A stretch of 63,254 nucleotides of DNA, filler included, from Pelomyxa schiedti (lineage: Eukaryota > Protista > Evosea): NCBI GenBank assembly GCA_020536535.1. It is 6 parts of 6 records of this genome, joined end to end, with 100 filler letters (N's around TTAATTAATTAA, not from the genome) between each part and the next. Parts side by side here need not be neighbours in the genome. Positions count along the whole stretch, not along the records: positions 22,815 to 36,927 come from JAHLWZ010001175.1; positions 37,028 to 63,254 come from JAHLWZ010000500.1; 4 more parts are not named here. One strand, 5' to 3'. Numbering within the stretch: the stretch's first letter is position 1; each line of letters opens with the position of its first letter. A program made the translations under genes and the position numbers. Positions 25,036 through 38,466 of this stretch are shown here, in pieces. Under the pieces are notes generated by a model. It made no database searches. It saw nothing but the letters and a program-made list of their open reading frames with translations, and had not been told where the DNA came from.

Positions 25036-27881
25036 ATGGACATCAACGGCGACGGCGATGATGCCGCCTCACCCCTCATGTCGTCGTCCTCCTCGACATC
25101 GTCATCGCTGGTAAATCCCAAGGTGGCAGGCAACAAGGGCGTGAACGGGGACGGCAAAGGCGCGGCAACAAAGAAGGAGCGATACTCGCTGGATGTCACG
25201 TTCGTGAGGAGGCTGTGGCGGCTGGCCAAGTTGATGCACAGGAGGCCGTACATGGTGGGCACTGTGGTGCTCGACGTGCTGCTGCTGCTGACTTCCCTGT
25301 TTCAGGTAAGATGGCGTGCAACGTAACCCGCCGCGGTTATGGGACATCTATGTTTGGGTTTATTTTTGCTTGTGTGGTAGCGTGGTAGTTTGCATAACTT
25401 GTTATGACATGTTTTGTCTGTTAAAGGGTGATTATGGGCTCTTTTTTTTTTTTTTTTTTTTGTCGTATAACAGTTTCTAAGACGGCAGTGGTTTCTTTCA
25501 CTGGAAATGTGATTGGTGGATTCTATGATGCAATAGCAAACAAAGACTTGCATTCGTTCTTTAAGGTAAATCAGCACTCAATAAAATGCATATTTTGATA
25601 TGTTCTTCCCTTGCAGCTTGTCACGGCTGGAACTGTTGTCGTGGGTCTTTCTGCTATTCTACTAGGTCTGCTCAAATTTATTTCCGATGTTCTTGCATGG
25701 CGATGGAGGCGGAGCTTGGTTGTGCACATCCAGAAGTCTTATTTCTCGAATTTGTTATTTTACAAGATGCTTGTGCTGGACTCCAGAGTCGATAATCCGT
25801 ATATCTTGAGTGAAATGCTTGCACACCGCTTACATATTTCGTTTCCTCTCCCATAGAGACCAGCGTATAACACAAGACATTGATAACATCAGTAGCACAC
25901 TCTCATCAATAGCTTTCAAGTGCATTTCTGGTCCAGTTATCATTGTATTATACACTTACCTGTGCGTTGTAAAAATTTCTTGGTATGCTCCCGTTATTGT
26001 CTTCGGCTATTTCGCATTGGGTGGAGTGCTGAATAAAATTATCTCATCTCCACTTGTGAATCTAGTTTTTATTCAAGTGTGCTTTTTTGTTGCAATAACA
26101 GTTGATGACAATGCTCAGGAGAGACTTGAAGGCGATTTCCGATTCGTGCATGTGTGGGTCAGAAATCTTGCTGAGTCTATAGCCTTATCTGATGCACAAG
26201 AAAATGAAAAATTCTTGGCTGATAACAAATTTAACCGCCTTCTGGAGAATAAAATGCGTGTACTGCGGTGGCAGCTGAGTTTAAATTGTACTTTCCACCA
26301 AACAAAAACGAAATACACTCACGGGTTTCCAGTATCTTCCGAGCTTTTCACTTACGTAGGAAGCATTCTCAACTATGTCGTAGTTGCACTTCCAGTATTT
26401 TGTGCAGGACGCACTCTTACATCCTCTGATGTGGCCGCTGTAAGTCCACCGTAAAAAGTCTCTCACCCGTCTAAATGTAATTTAATAGGATTGTTTCTAT
26501 TGCATTATGCTCGTGTCAGGTTTCAGTCAGTTTTTCAATGCCGCTACATTATTTTCCGACCTTGCTGGCTACACAGCGAGGTTGGGTACTTTGCTAGAAG
26601 TTTGTGACGACTTGTGTCCCCCTCCAACAAGTGATATGTAATGATTAGTCTCTAAATGGCAGCACCAAACCACCGTACCAAGGGCGATTGAGTCCCCAAT
26701 TGGAGTCAGCAAAGAATTCCGAGATGTGCAATCACTTGTCACTGCAGACCAAGTAGCTTTTGAAAATGTTACTTACTACACTCCTACAAATAGGCTGCTT
26801 GTTAAAGGTGAGTTTGAAATAGAACTATTCCCAAGTTTCACCCCCCTAGTGTAGACCTCAGCTTCTTGGTGAACCCAGGGGATAGTTTGGTGATCACTGG
26901 TCCAAGCGGTAAGTCCATCATCCACTTTCCGGAAATGAATGGGTTCACATGTTTTAGGGTGCGGAAAGACTTCCCTCCTTCGCGTTCTTTATGGCCTCTG
27001 GCCTTTCTACCAAGGGACTGTCAAGCGACCACCCATTTGTTGTGGGAGTCCAAGGTTGGTGATGTACCTTCCGCAGAAGCCCTGCATAGCTCATGGCCGA
27101 AACCTGGCTGATCAAGTCACGTACCCAGACAGAGCTAATCCCACACTTTCTCGGGACTATCTGATTAAAGTACTCGCGCTTCTTGACTTGGCTCATTTAG
27201 TTGAACTGGAAGATGAGTTGTGGTGTGTCCCTTATTCACACCCGCCTTCCGCCCTTCTTACCCTTCACTACAGTAGCAACGGCGGGGATGTAGTTGACTG
27301 GGCAAGTGTATTGTCAATGGGAGAACAGCAAAGGCTTGCCTTAGCCCGTGTACTTCATCACAAGCCAAGGTGAATACCCGGACTTAATATTAACGATTCA
27401 AACTAAAATACAAATACAGATTTGTAGTGCTGGATGAAGCAACTTCCTCACTGAATGGGGAGCTTGAGGCCCGGGCCTACACACTAATAAAGGACACTGG
27501 CATTGCAGTCATCAGTGTTACTCACCGCAAAGCGGTGCTGTGCTACCACCAAAGGGTATTACAACTNNNNNNNNNNNNNNNNNNNNNNNNNNNNNNNNNN
27601 NNNNNNNNNNNNNNNNNNNNNNNNNNNNNNNNNNNNNNNNNNNNNNNNNNNNNNNNNNNNNNNNNNCCTCACTGAATGGGGAGCTTGAGGCCCGGGCCTA
27701 CACACTAATAAAGGACACTGGCATTGCAGTCATCAGTGTTACTCACCGCAAAGCGGTGCTGTGCTACCACCAAAGGGTATTACAACTTGATACCAGTGGT
27801 TCATGGCAAATACATGATATCCCTAACAATAGCCACTCACCAGCATCCACACTAACAGCCCTCAATGATGATTCGGAGTAA
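25036..27881 (+). CDS. ABC transporter subfamily D half-transporter (ABCD4-like)
   Basis: DNP-DQRITQD, EGDFRFVH..VR..AESIA, GPSG-CGKTS, LPQKP, LSMGEQQRLALAR, LDEATS and SVTHR motifs. The gap at 27567-27666 has a 121-bp duplicated overlap. Confidence 0.92.
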
Positions 27882-28670
27882 AACGTAAGAAAAACCTGAT
27901 CCCAAAGTATTGTGTATTACCAATAACTGCCAAAGAGGATCCTTTTCGGAGGCTCAGGCCAGAGAAGGGTTACAGCCTTTGATTGTCAAACTCGGATTCC
28001 TGAGTCCATTAGCTCTCAGATCGCACATCTATGTGCAATGGTGCTCAGAGGAAACAGATTGTGGGAGTGTAATGCATATGGCCTTGACATCACTCCCCTG
28101 CGAAGGAAGTACAAAAATCACCGTTACGGAAATGATCAGAAAAGAAAAACAACCAGAGTGAGGCGATAGGGGTGCCTGGTACGTGCGTGGTACCGTGTGA
28201 CGTGTGTCGTTATTCCGGCAGTCGTCGTTTATTGGTTGGCTTTCCCCGTACGTTGGTAGCGAAACGTAACGCTCGGAACACACAGGTTCACTCACACAGA
28301 CACGGAACGAGGAACGCGGAGAACTGAACCAACTTGTACGTAAACCAACCCTCCTATGTTGTTGAGAGTAAAATAAATTGGAAGCAACCTAACGCCCAAA
28401 GGAATCAGTGGAACTTCAAGGGGGTTATTTATACTTTATTTTTGGTCCAGGTCTCGGGGATCCGAGGTTCACCAAAAATAAAACTGCACCTGTCCCACTT
28501 ATTTCCCGTAGGTGCCTGTTTTTACAAGAATGGCTTTTTGCGACCTGACGCACCAACAAAGGCTTCTATGCTGCAGTTCACATATGGTTTACCCTCAATC
28601 CCGACTCCAAACTGCATCCACAACCTTGCCGTTACCTAGTAGTAGTGGCAGAACACGGGGGATAGTGATT

Positions 28671-31600
28671 ATGACTATACAACTCGATGCAATTATGCAC
28701 CGCATTTCTAAAAAACGGACGCAGCAAAGATCGCTCTTGCTACCACAGTCCTCAATTCCTGCACCTCAGCAGACCAGCCCTATGCAACAGTCCCAGTGTG
28801 CTTCCCAGCACCAGTCAAGCGTACTGCCTCACCTGATGTTACCTCCTCCTCTCCTGCCACCCCAACAACTAAACAGCCACAATGATGCTGATGTGGATGA
28901 AGACCTTGACGACGAAAGTGATAATGAACCGGAAGTTGATGACTCGGGGCCTCAAGATGCTGAGGTTATTGACAATGAAGACGATAACGAAAATACCGAG
29001 GATGATGAAACTGATGAAGACCAGGAGGAGCAGCCAGAACCCTCCAAGCAGGTTTTCACACAAGAAGAAGATGATGACAATTATGTTGTAAAGCACAGAC
29101 ACAAGCATCGTCAAACCAGTCGAACAAAAAAACTTTCACCCACAAAAGTTACTGCTCCCCCTCTTCACTCACACACTCGAGTCCGCCCAAGAAACAATGT
29201 TAGCGAACAAGCTCTAGTGCAACATCAACAACTTCAGCAATTGTCGAATCTGCAGAATCTCTTGCCCCCCTTCACACATACTGGAGCACCAAAAATGGCT
29301 ACCACCCCACCAAAGATTTCAACCACACCACCGAAAGCAACTTCACCCAGAGCATCTTCCACTCTAATGCAGCGACCCACTCAAGCACAGCTTCCTCAGG
29401 CAACACGCACTCTCCTTACTGCACCTGGAACTCCAACCCAAAATTCTGGTTTGTTCAATTCCTCACCAAACCAAACTCATAGTATCACTTAGGAAAAGAT
29501 AATGAGTCTAATGATCTTATCCTGCACTCTACTGATGTTCTTGGTTCTTCTATGGAACCTGGAGAGTAAGTTCTACTCTCATTAAACTATCCTCTTACTG
29601 ATGAGGCTCAGGGCGGGAAGATGCTGCAAAATAAAAAACAGTAAATACACAGTTCTGGAAATGCTGGGGCAAGGGACCTTTGGTCAAGTCGTTAGATGTC
29701 TGGTCCATCCACCTGCCTCCGGTGGAAACAGGAATAACACAAGTGAATCCAATGGGATGAACGCCATCGTAGCCATAAAAGTATTGAAAAACAAGCCCGC
29801 TTATTTCAGACAAGGAATGTTAGAAGTAGGAATTCTTGCTATGGTGTCTCATATTTACTTTACTTCTTTTTTTCTTACGTTGTTACTTTTTCCCAAGCTA
29901 AACAATCAGTATGACCCCAAGGGAGACCACAAGACTGTGCGCATGACAGATTATTTTATTTTTTGCAATCATCTCTGTATCGTCTTTGAGCTTCTCAGGT
30001 TGGACTCATTTTCATCCCACTCCTTGGATTAATTTCTCTGTCAGTATAAACCTTTTTGAGCTTGTTAAACAAAATGGATTCCGAGGGTTATCAGCCCGTT
30101 TGATAAGACTATTCACATCACAAGTTTTGGATGCACTTGAAGTGATGGATGAAGCCAATATAATCCATTGGTATAAAGAAGGTTTTGGGAGCTTGCCAAC
30201 AACTAACCCAATTACAGTGACTTGAAACCAGAAAATGTACACAATCTTTTTTTTTTTTTTTTCATTGAATATCCTTCCCCCCCTTTTTTTTTCAGATTTT
30301 GATGGAAAGGTGATACTTCCCCCTATTCCAATAGCATACTGACCTATGTAGTGCTGGTAAGGCCAAAGTGAAACTAATTGACTTTGGATCTGCGTGCTTT
30401 GGTTGCACACCTTTGTACACTTACATTCAGTCCCGGCACTATCGTGCGCCTGAGGTTCTACTGGGTGTAGGGTAAGTTGTCGTTCTTGCTATTCCCAGTC
30501 AACCTTTCCAGGTATACTTGTGCCATAGATATGTGGTCCCTGGGTAAGTGGTACTTCTTCCTGTTAAGTCTTCTAATGACACGCAGGTTGTATCGCTGCC
30601 GAACTATTGATAGGAATCCCTCTCTTTCCCGGCGCAAATGAATACAACCAGGTGCAGAAAATCGTAGATATGCAGGGGTACTACCCTGATGTTTGCTCTT
30701 GGCCATTCTAACTGTTGCCAAGTAATTTTCCAAATGAGATGTTGGAAAGGGGAAATAGGACCACCAAATTTTTCCGAAGGGTATATTCTAATGAAACTCA
30801 ATCTATCAAGTTTGTAATGAAATCCATGGCGGAATATGAACACGTAAGAACGCCTCCATAACGAAGCACTCACATCAACAGGACAACCAAGTGAAATTGG
30901 AACCAGATAAGAAGTATTTTGTGTATCGGACCCTTTCCGAGCTCATCCAAAAATCTTCTATCAAACTCGCGGGAACAACCTGGACTGAAATTGAAGGTGA
31001 TTCTCCTAGCCCCTCTCTCAGTCCCGACAAATTTATACAGCAAATGAAGTGAAGCGCTCCTTTGAGCACTTCCTTCAAGGTTTGCTTCAGCTAGATCCCA
31101 AGAAGAGGTGGACAGCATCACAGGCAAAGGCACATCCTTTTATAAATGAACAGCCGCTTCCAGATAATTGGGTTCCTCCTCCAATTATTGATAGATCACA
31201 GAAAAAGTCTACTCTCTTCTCACTTAAACGTAAGTAACCACAACAGCAAAGAGTCGGAGTCCTTTTACGTTTCTGTTGTATCTATGATGCAGTCTGCACG
31301 GTCCCAGAACTTTAGCAGTGTTGCTTATTTTGGAACATTTGTAAACCTTTTGAATAATCACCTGAATTCTCTTGCACAAATGCATTTGTTTTATCAACCC
31401 AAGTAGATTCCTAGTTTTATCTCACCATTTATAACTTGATTTAGAGCTGAATCTACCTCACCGCAACACCGTCCGCGATCCAAGAGCGAGAGCACTACAC
31501 CTGTGGTAACCAATTACCACACTCCCCCCATGTAAAGCACAACCGCCCTGCAACACATTGCCATACGCACCTATGAATTTCCAATCTATAGAGATCTAAC

Positions 31601-32931
31601 TTGCATGAAACGTAGCCTCCCCTTCGAACAGGTTCACGCACGCAAACGCTCCATGCGCCAGACTCAAAACGGGCTGCTAAAACCAATCCCGCTTCTCCAC
31701 GTGGTATGACTTTAAAAAATTAACCAGTTATCTCATCCCTCCACTAGGCACTTCTCAGCTGTTCAGTCCGAAGTACTCTCCCAATCTTGTTCCACAAGCA
31801 CAGTCAAAAGCACCGCCCCTCCAGTTGTCCCCCCGATTTTTGCCCAATCTACCGCCCCCACAAGTTTCACAACAAACAACGGCTCCTATTAAGATGCACT
31901 CGCCACGTAATAACTACACAACTCCTGTTAAGAAATATGCTGATGAGGAGGCCGGTGGCATGGAGTCTATGTTTAGTCCTTTGGATTCCATTCCTGGAAC
32001 AACGCCTCCCTCATCTTCTACAATTGTAAGTTTATTCCATACATATGCCTTTTGATCTTACCTTTCTCCTTAAGCCTATTCAACTTAAGTCATCTGGGAA
32101 TCCCATGCAATATCCTCCAAGTGCATACTTTCCACCAAATAATTCATGGATTAATACTCCTCATGTCGGGTACGGAAGTACCGTAACAATACGAGCTCTA
32201 ATCGTGATTTTCACAGGCCCCAACGCCAGCCTGCACAATCTACCGGCTTTGCACCCACTGGAAACACCACACCCCGCTCTCCCCGTTCTCCCCGTTCTGT
32301 GGTTAACAGCACTGCTTGCAGTAGTACTAGTATGGGCATGGGTATACCCGAGGATTCTTCAATGCTTTTCTCGCCCGCTCTTCACTCCACCTCGTCTTAT
32401 GTCACCGGCTCCGTTCCTTCACTCCTCTCCCTTCCACCCGATGGAACTCAACCAAGTGGGCTCTCCCTCCAACTCCGCTCCACCGGCCACCAACAGTACC
32501 CCCAACAACCTCAACAACCGCAGCAACAGCCACTGCAACACAACTTCCTCCAACAACAACCCTTCCCCCAATCAGGTGTGAGTGGAGACCCATCGGTCAT
32601 TCAGTGGCAGCCCAACCACATGCCCAATTCCGCCGGCCCACTCCTTTCCATGTGCAACCCCAACGTAGCAAACAACGGCATCAACAGCGGCAACACCCAA
32701 ATGCCAGTCCTCGGCACATCAGCCTCCGCATTCAACTACGGTTCCATGCACATTCATATTCCGCACCATAATCACCACACTGGCGGAGGTGGCGGAATAC
32801 AACCGGGAGCAACAGCGCCATTGTACCAGCAACCTCCGCAACCCACGGGAACATCTAATACAATACCGGCCATTAACCACCAGTACCAACAGCAACAGCA
32901 ACAGCACCAACACTATGGCGGCTGGTCATAG
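28671..32931 (+). CDS. YAK1: Yak1/YakA-type DYRK family kinase
   Basis: [56 protein letters not shown] and [14 protein letters not shown] motifs, with low-complexity termini. The start and 3' exons are approximate. Confidence 0.92.
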
Positions 32932-33148
32932 TTCTGTCTTCTTTATCAGTTACCTCATAGTCCTGACATTCCACATCCCAAACTAATACTTCCGCACCTG
33001 TCAATACTAATAGAAGTCCACAAGGTTTGTGGGTTTTGCCTTTTTGTTGCTTTGTACTGGTCAAACAGAAAAGAGTCCGGGGGCTGACGAGAATTCGGTT
33101 TGATGGCACCTCCATCAAATCCTTGAAAGGTAGGAGAAATACTTTCGC

Positions 33149-36100
33149 ATGCAGAACGCCGCGGCGGTGCCATCTCCATCATCATCATCATCTCGGCTGC
33201 CGCCCCACCCCGGCATCCCTCCCCCTCGCCCCGACTCCCCCTCCTCCGCCACCACCACCACCACGGCCACCCGCTCCCCGTCGCCCCCCGCATACACCAT
33301 CACCCCATCCCTGCCTACCACCACCGCCAGTGGCTCGACGGCGGACCCCAACAACAGTGGCACGTGCGACACCGCTGCCCCATCGGTCGATGGCGACAAC
33401 ACGCGCCAGCAGCAGCAGCAGCTAGACACAGCAGCAGGCGACGGGGCGGCCATGGCGACTGCTACGGCTACGGCTACGGCCATGGCAATGGTGGGGATGG
33501 TAGTGGGCGAGGAGGTGGCTTCGTCGTCGTCGCCGGCGGTGGCGCCCAGTGACTGGATCGCGTGGTCCACGGCCAACGCGTCCCCTGCGTTGGTCTTGTC
33601 GTCGTCGTCATCTGGCGGCGCAGCCTCTTCCTCTTCGACTGCTTCTTCTCCCACAATTTCTTCTCCTTCCCCTTCCCCGTCGCCGTCGTCCCCCGCGTCG
33701 ACCAACACGAGCACGACTGCGTCGCCGTCGCCGTTGTTGCTGTCACCATCGCCTGTTCTGATGATGGCCACCAATTCGCCTCTGATTCAGACGGAGCTGA
33801 AGGATTCATCGTGTGACGAGGACAGCGACTCTGGTGGTGACACAATTACCGGGGGGCACAACAGTTGCAGTGCACTTTCATCGGAGAATAAAGACCCAAT
33901 GGACACTGATATCGCGGCCCAAACACCTGAAAATGTATTATTACCAACTACGGACTGTGCCGCAGTTGCTTTGGCTGAGGAATCCCCCACTGTACCTATG
34001 ACTGACACCCAAAGCCCACTTTTACCTTCCAACACCATACCAGCTATTACACCACCAACAACCACCACCACTACCACAACAACAACAACCGCAGTACCTG
34101 TGAAACCAGCCAACGAAACTGGACCAGGAGTGTGTATATAATCTCTGTGTGAGATAGGATTGATTTACAGTTTAACAGGGTATAATTGATGGCGTGAGAT
34201 ACCGCCCAGGTGGCAATGTAATAATTTACGACAACCATCCATCTGGCAGTGTACCAGTAACAACATCCCTTTTTGGTGCCTCCCAAAATACAAATCCTCC
34301 ACTGAACGGTGGAGAAGGGAGAAGTGAAGTTCCCCCAACAGTAGCTAGTGAAACTACAAAAGAAACGCCTTACTATAAGGTCACATATACTAACAAGGTA
34401 GTCCATCACTCTTTTTGTTGCTCCCTTGTTTATCTTGTTACAGGGTTGTAGTGTATGTATGTGTCAGCGCTTTGAGGCTATCGAGCATGTTACAGTTAGG
34501 TGCAATAGCTGCTTTCATATGCGCAAGGTGCACACAATAAATAGGCGTGCGTTTGTTGCAAATACTGGGTCACAGTGCGTTACCATATCCAGTAGCCCCA
34601 TCAAACATGGGAGGATAAGTCTCAATCTTGATCTAAATGGGGAGGTATGCCAAAGTTATCATTTAATAAACCTGTGATTTCTAACAAACAACTGACCATG
34701 TGTTGATTCCTCAGAAACCACTAGATAAAAGAGATGGTAGTATCCCGAATTGAAATAATTTACCAATAAAAACTAGAGAGAGACAAAATAGCTCTTGAAA
34801 TTCTACTCACTGAACGGTCATACCTTGACTCTCTTCAGACTCTTTTAGAGGTAAACAGCTGCGTTTTCTTCTGATAAATCATTTTGAAGGTATTTGTCAT
34901 TCCTCTGCGGTCTACACCTGAGCCGTTGATCCCACTCCAAAAGCTTAGTATCATTTTTGCATACCTGCCAGAGCTTCTTCAAGTTTGCTCTGCTGGATAA
35001 TGTAGGCATATGTTAAAGTTTACAATCTTTCAGTTGAACACAATCTTGCTCTCTGGACTTGAAGAACGAATGCAGAAGTGGGATAAAACTAAGGAATTAG
35101 CAGACATTTTCTTACGTTTGGTAAGATTTTGTAGCGTTGTGATCCTTCGATAATTCTTCTAGTCACCTTTTTTTATTATCTATGAAAACTATGCCTCGAC
35201 ATATGACTTTGCAAGTGCAACTCTTGAGGAGTGCGAAAAAAATTTCCCGAACTTCACCGCGTTCCTTAAGGTATTAATATTGCCCCCGTTCCATTTCTGA
35301 AACCTTGCAAGGCACAGTTAGGGAATAGTCTATGCCGTGGTCACTCCCTAAAATCCCTACTCTCCCTTCCACTGCAGCGTTGCAATGTACGAGACTCCTA
35401 TTCCTTTTTTATTACTTATATCTGCAGAATTATCACCTGATGTTGCAAGTATGTGTACTATATTTTCCGTTTAAAGGGGACATTTTGACAACTAGGGCTT
35501 ACTAGCCACAAGTGTACCTGATCACCCGGATTTCGCAAACCTCCAAGCAGTAGTGGAAAAGCTGAAGGTTATTCACATTCTTTTATTTCTTTTCTGAGAC
35601 CTTCCCAGATAGTAAATGATCACATTGAAGAGTTCAGTAGATTGCATCAAAAAAAGAAAAAGGTCGCAGACTTACAAAGAAGGCTGAATATGTCTAATTA
35701 CAACATTAATGTGAACCTCTCCAATCTTTTTTAACGCTTTCTGACCTGTCCTTTAGCTTGTAGAGCCTCACCGCATATTTGTTAGGGAAGGCATGCTGTC
35801 GAAAGTGTGCAGAAAAACTATAAAAAAGAGGATGTTTTACCTGTTCAGTGACATTTTGATGTATGGAAAGATTGTTACCAATGAATTTATCTTCAGTAGA
35901 GGTATAAATGCAATCCTTAACCGCGGAATTTCTCACTTTTATAGTTCTCACACTAGACAACTTGCGAGTTGATGACCTTCCAGATACTGATAAACAAACA
36001 AACGCTTTCCAAGTATGTATTCAGATTTTCTCATGAAAACTTCTTTACACCCTTTCCCCAGATCTCCTCTTCCCAAAAGTCTTTCATTGTGTGTTCTGAC

Positions 36101-36747
36101 ACAAAGTACGATAAAATGGCTTGGGTTCTTGACCTTTTCACCACGGCTCAACGTGTATGCTACCATTTTCTTTTCTATTCCTTTTTCTTCCCGGAATAAC
36201 CATTTCAAGTTGCAAGGGCAAAAAGCGAACCTATCAGTTATAGCCCGGGAAATAGCCAATACAATCCCATCACCAACAGAACCAGTGACAACATCGGCAT
36301 CCCCTCCTCCAGAGTTTGAAGCACCGGTTTGGCAGGTATGCCTTTACTTTCAACTTTCACTCCGTCAACTTACCTCAAAACAGTCTGACAGTGAAGCCCC
36401 CAATTGTAATCTATGTGAAGGAGAGTTCACCCTGTTCAATCGACGGGTAAATCAATCCACACTCCCCTCTCCTCACAAACACACAAATTCCATACTCAAA
36501 ATTTTCACATACAACTCCTCTATCTACTAACAGCACCACTGCCGGCTCTGTGGTATGTCCCAAGATACTATTTGCTAAATTTCATCCCACAATGCAATAA
36601 CACACACAACACCACACAGGTAAGGTTGTGTGCGGGACATGCTCACTACGCAGGGTAGTTGTTCCCCACCTATCTGAGTCTGACAGGCAACGTGTATGTG
36701 ACTACTGCTGGATGAACAAGCTTGTAAAGAAAAACTCTAGTTTCTAG
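33149..36747 (+). CDS. FGD-like RhoGEF (DH-PH-FYVE) with S/T/P-rich N-terminus
   Basis: DH: KIALEILLTERSYL..PLQR. PH: FVREGMLSKVCRK..RMFYLFSDILMY. FYVE: WQSDSEAPNCNLC..F.LFNRRHHCRLCGKVVCGTC..RVCDYC. Confidence 0.92.
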
Positions 36748-37686
36748 CCCCGTCGCGGAAAGCACCATCAAAATTTCAATCTCTTATTTTTCTCCGTGGT
36801 TTCCGCCAGGGGTGGATTTTGATCGAGTTTTCATGAACCTGAGTCAATAAGCAGAAGTTTGTGAGCTAATGAGCGCTCACAAACTTTTCAACTTCCTGGA
36901 AGGCAGTTCATTTTCTTCGAATTCATCNNNNNNNNNNNNNNNNNNNNNNNNNNNNNNNNNNNNNNNNNNNNTTAATTAATTAANNNNNNNNNNNNNNNNN
37001 NNNNNNNNNNNNNNNNNNNNNNNNNNNGGATGATAGTGATCAATTACATGTGACTGCGACTGTGCGGGAGCCAGTGCAGCGAGTGTCGACGAAACTGCAG
37101 AGACCGTTGCTCAATTTTGCCTAAAGTGGGGAATGGATATCTCTTGAGGTGGATGGCACAATCTTTCTGAAGTTATCAGAATTGTTTAATGACCCAATCA
37201 CCCGCGATTTTTAATTACGCATCGGCTTATGGTTCAAACGAAGGTGTGAAGAGCAACTGGAGACCACACGGAAAGACGGACACATTCACGTGCACGATTC
37301 CCAGCGTTTCTGTGCATTCACCCAACAGAGTGGCACACCAACACATGACTGCATGGTAACCGACACACCGGGGCCTGAGCTGGCCCACCACTAACTTGGT
37401 GCAGGCTGATTTTTGCGCTGCCTAAAAACAAGGTTTCTGTGCAGGAAACAGAAATCGATTTTCCCCTAACAGTAAGATTGTGGTATCCAACTCAAAGAGA
37501 TATGGTACGTTGTTCGACTTTTTCCCCCTGCTCGGATTTAGCATCGATGCTCTACAGCCAGACTTTAAACAAAAACAGAGTTGTGGTTCAAGTAACCCAG
37601 AGTCTGACATCAGCACCAGGTACCATACATTGTGGGTCTCTTTATACATAGAGATATTTCATTTTGAAATGGCAGACAATTTCACT

Positions 37687-38240
37687 TTATACTAGCTCTT
37701 CAGACCACGTTGCCTCAACTGGCATTGCGCCAGTGCAGGTTGCCTGAGCTGTGATGATGGTGGAAGCAAATTTCAGTTTGAAGGTCAACTGAGGGCGTTT
37801 GTTGAAGGGCTGCCCAACCCCAGGAATGTTTTTCACTTCCAAACAGCCGGGTACCTTGTGCACCCCAGGGTCATCAGGATAGCGTACATTGCGGCTCTTT
37901 GACCTGTAAATCTCGAACTTCGCAGAGTCTTGTGTGGAGCTACCTGGGGAAAACGGGAAAGATACTTCGGCGTCAACTGCAATGGTGTCTCCACACCGCA
38001 CGAATACGTGAAGAACGTCACATTGCCTCTGCCCATCAATTTCAAATGTGGGCCTGCCTGGGTGTCGAGGAGCAACCTCTATTGTCGACACAGCGTAGGT
38101 GTAAGGCATGCATCTCTTTGTTATACACAGCGGATGTTCACCAAATATAACAGCTCCTTCCAAGACAGATGACAAAGGAAAGTTCGGGTTACACACCTTC
38201 CTCTCTGGAGTTTGAAGGGCCGTTGTCATGATTCTGCGGA
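37687..38240 (-). CDS. HSPA12-like Hsp70, gene A, C-terminal part (end of NBD plus beta-sandwich domain)
   Basis: SVLEGAVIFG..ITKRCMPYTY...F.P....QDSAKFEIYRS...FASTII; 38120-38240 is identical to 42342-42462. Confidence 0.88.
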
Positions 38241-38466
38241 NNNNNNNNNNNNNNNNNNNNNNNNNNNNNNNNNNNNNNNNNNNNNNNNNNNNNNNNNNNN
38301 NNNNNNNNNNNNNNNNNNNNNNNNNNNNNNNNNNNNNNNNTTTTACGAAAGGGGGTTCACCATCACTGGGACTGGAATAAAGTGATGTGGGAAAAAGTAG
38401 TGAAGTGGGGGAGAATTCTCTTTTATACCCATTCTTGGTCAACAGGCACCAGTAATTACTTCGCTA

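Noticed and set aside
27446-27787. Duplicated ABCD C-terminal exon
   Set aside because: It is an exact 121-bp gap overlap.
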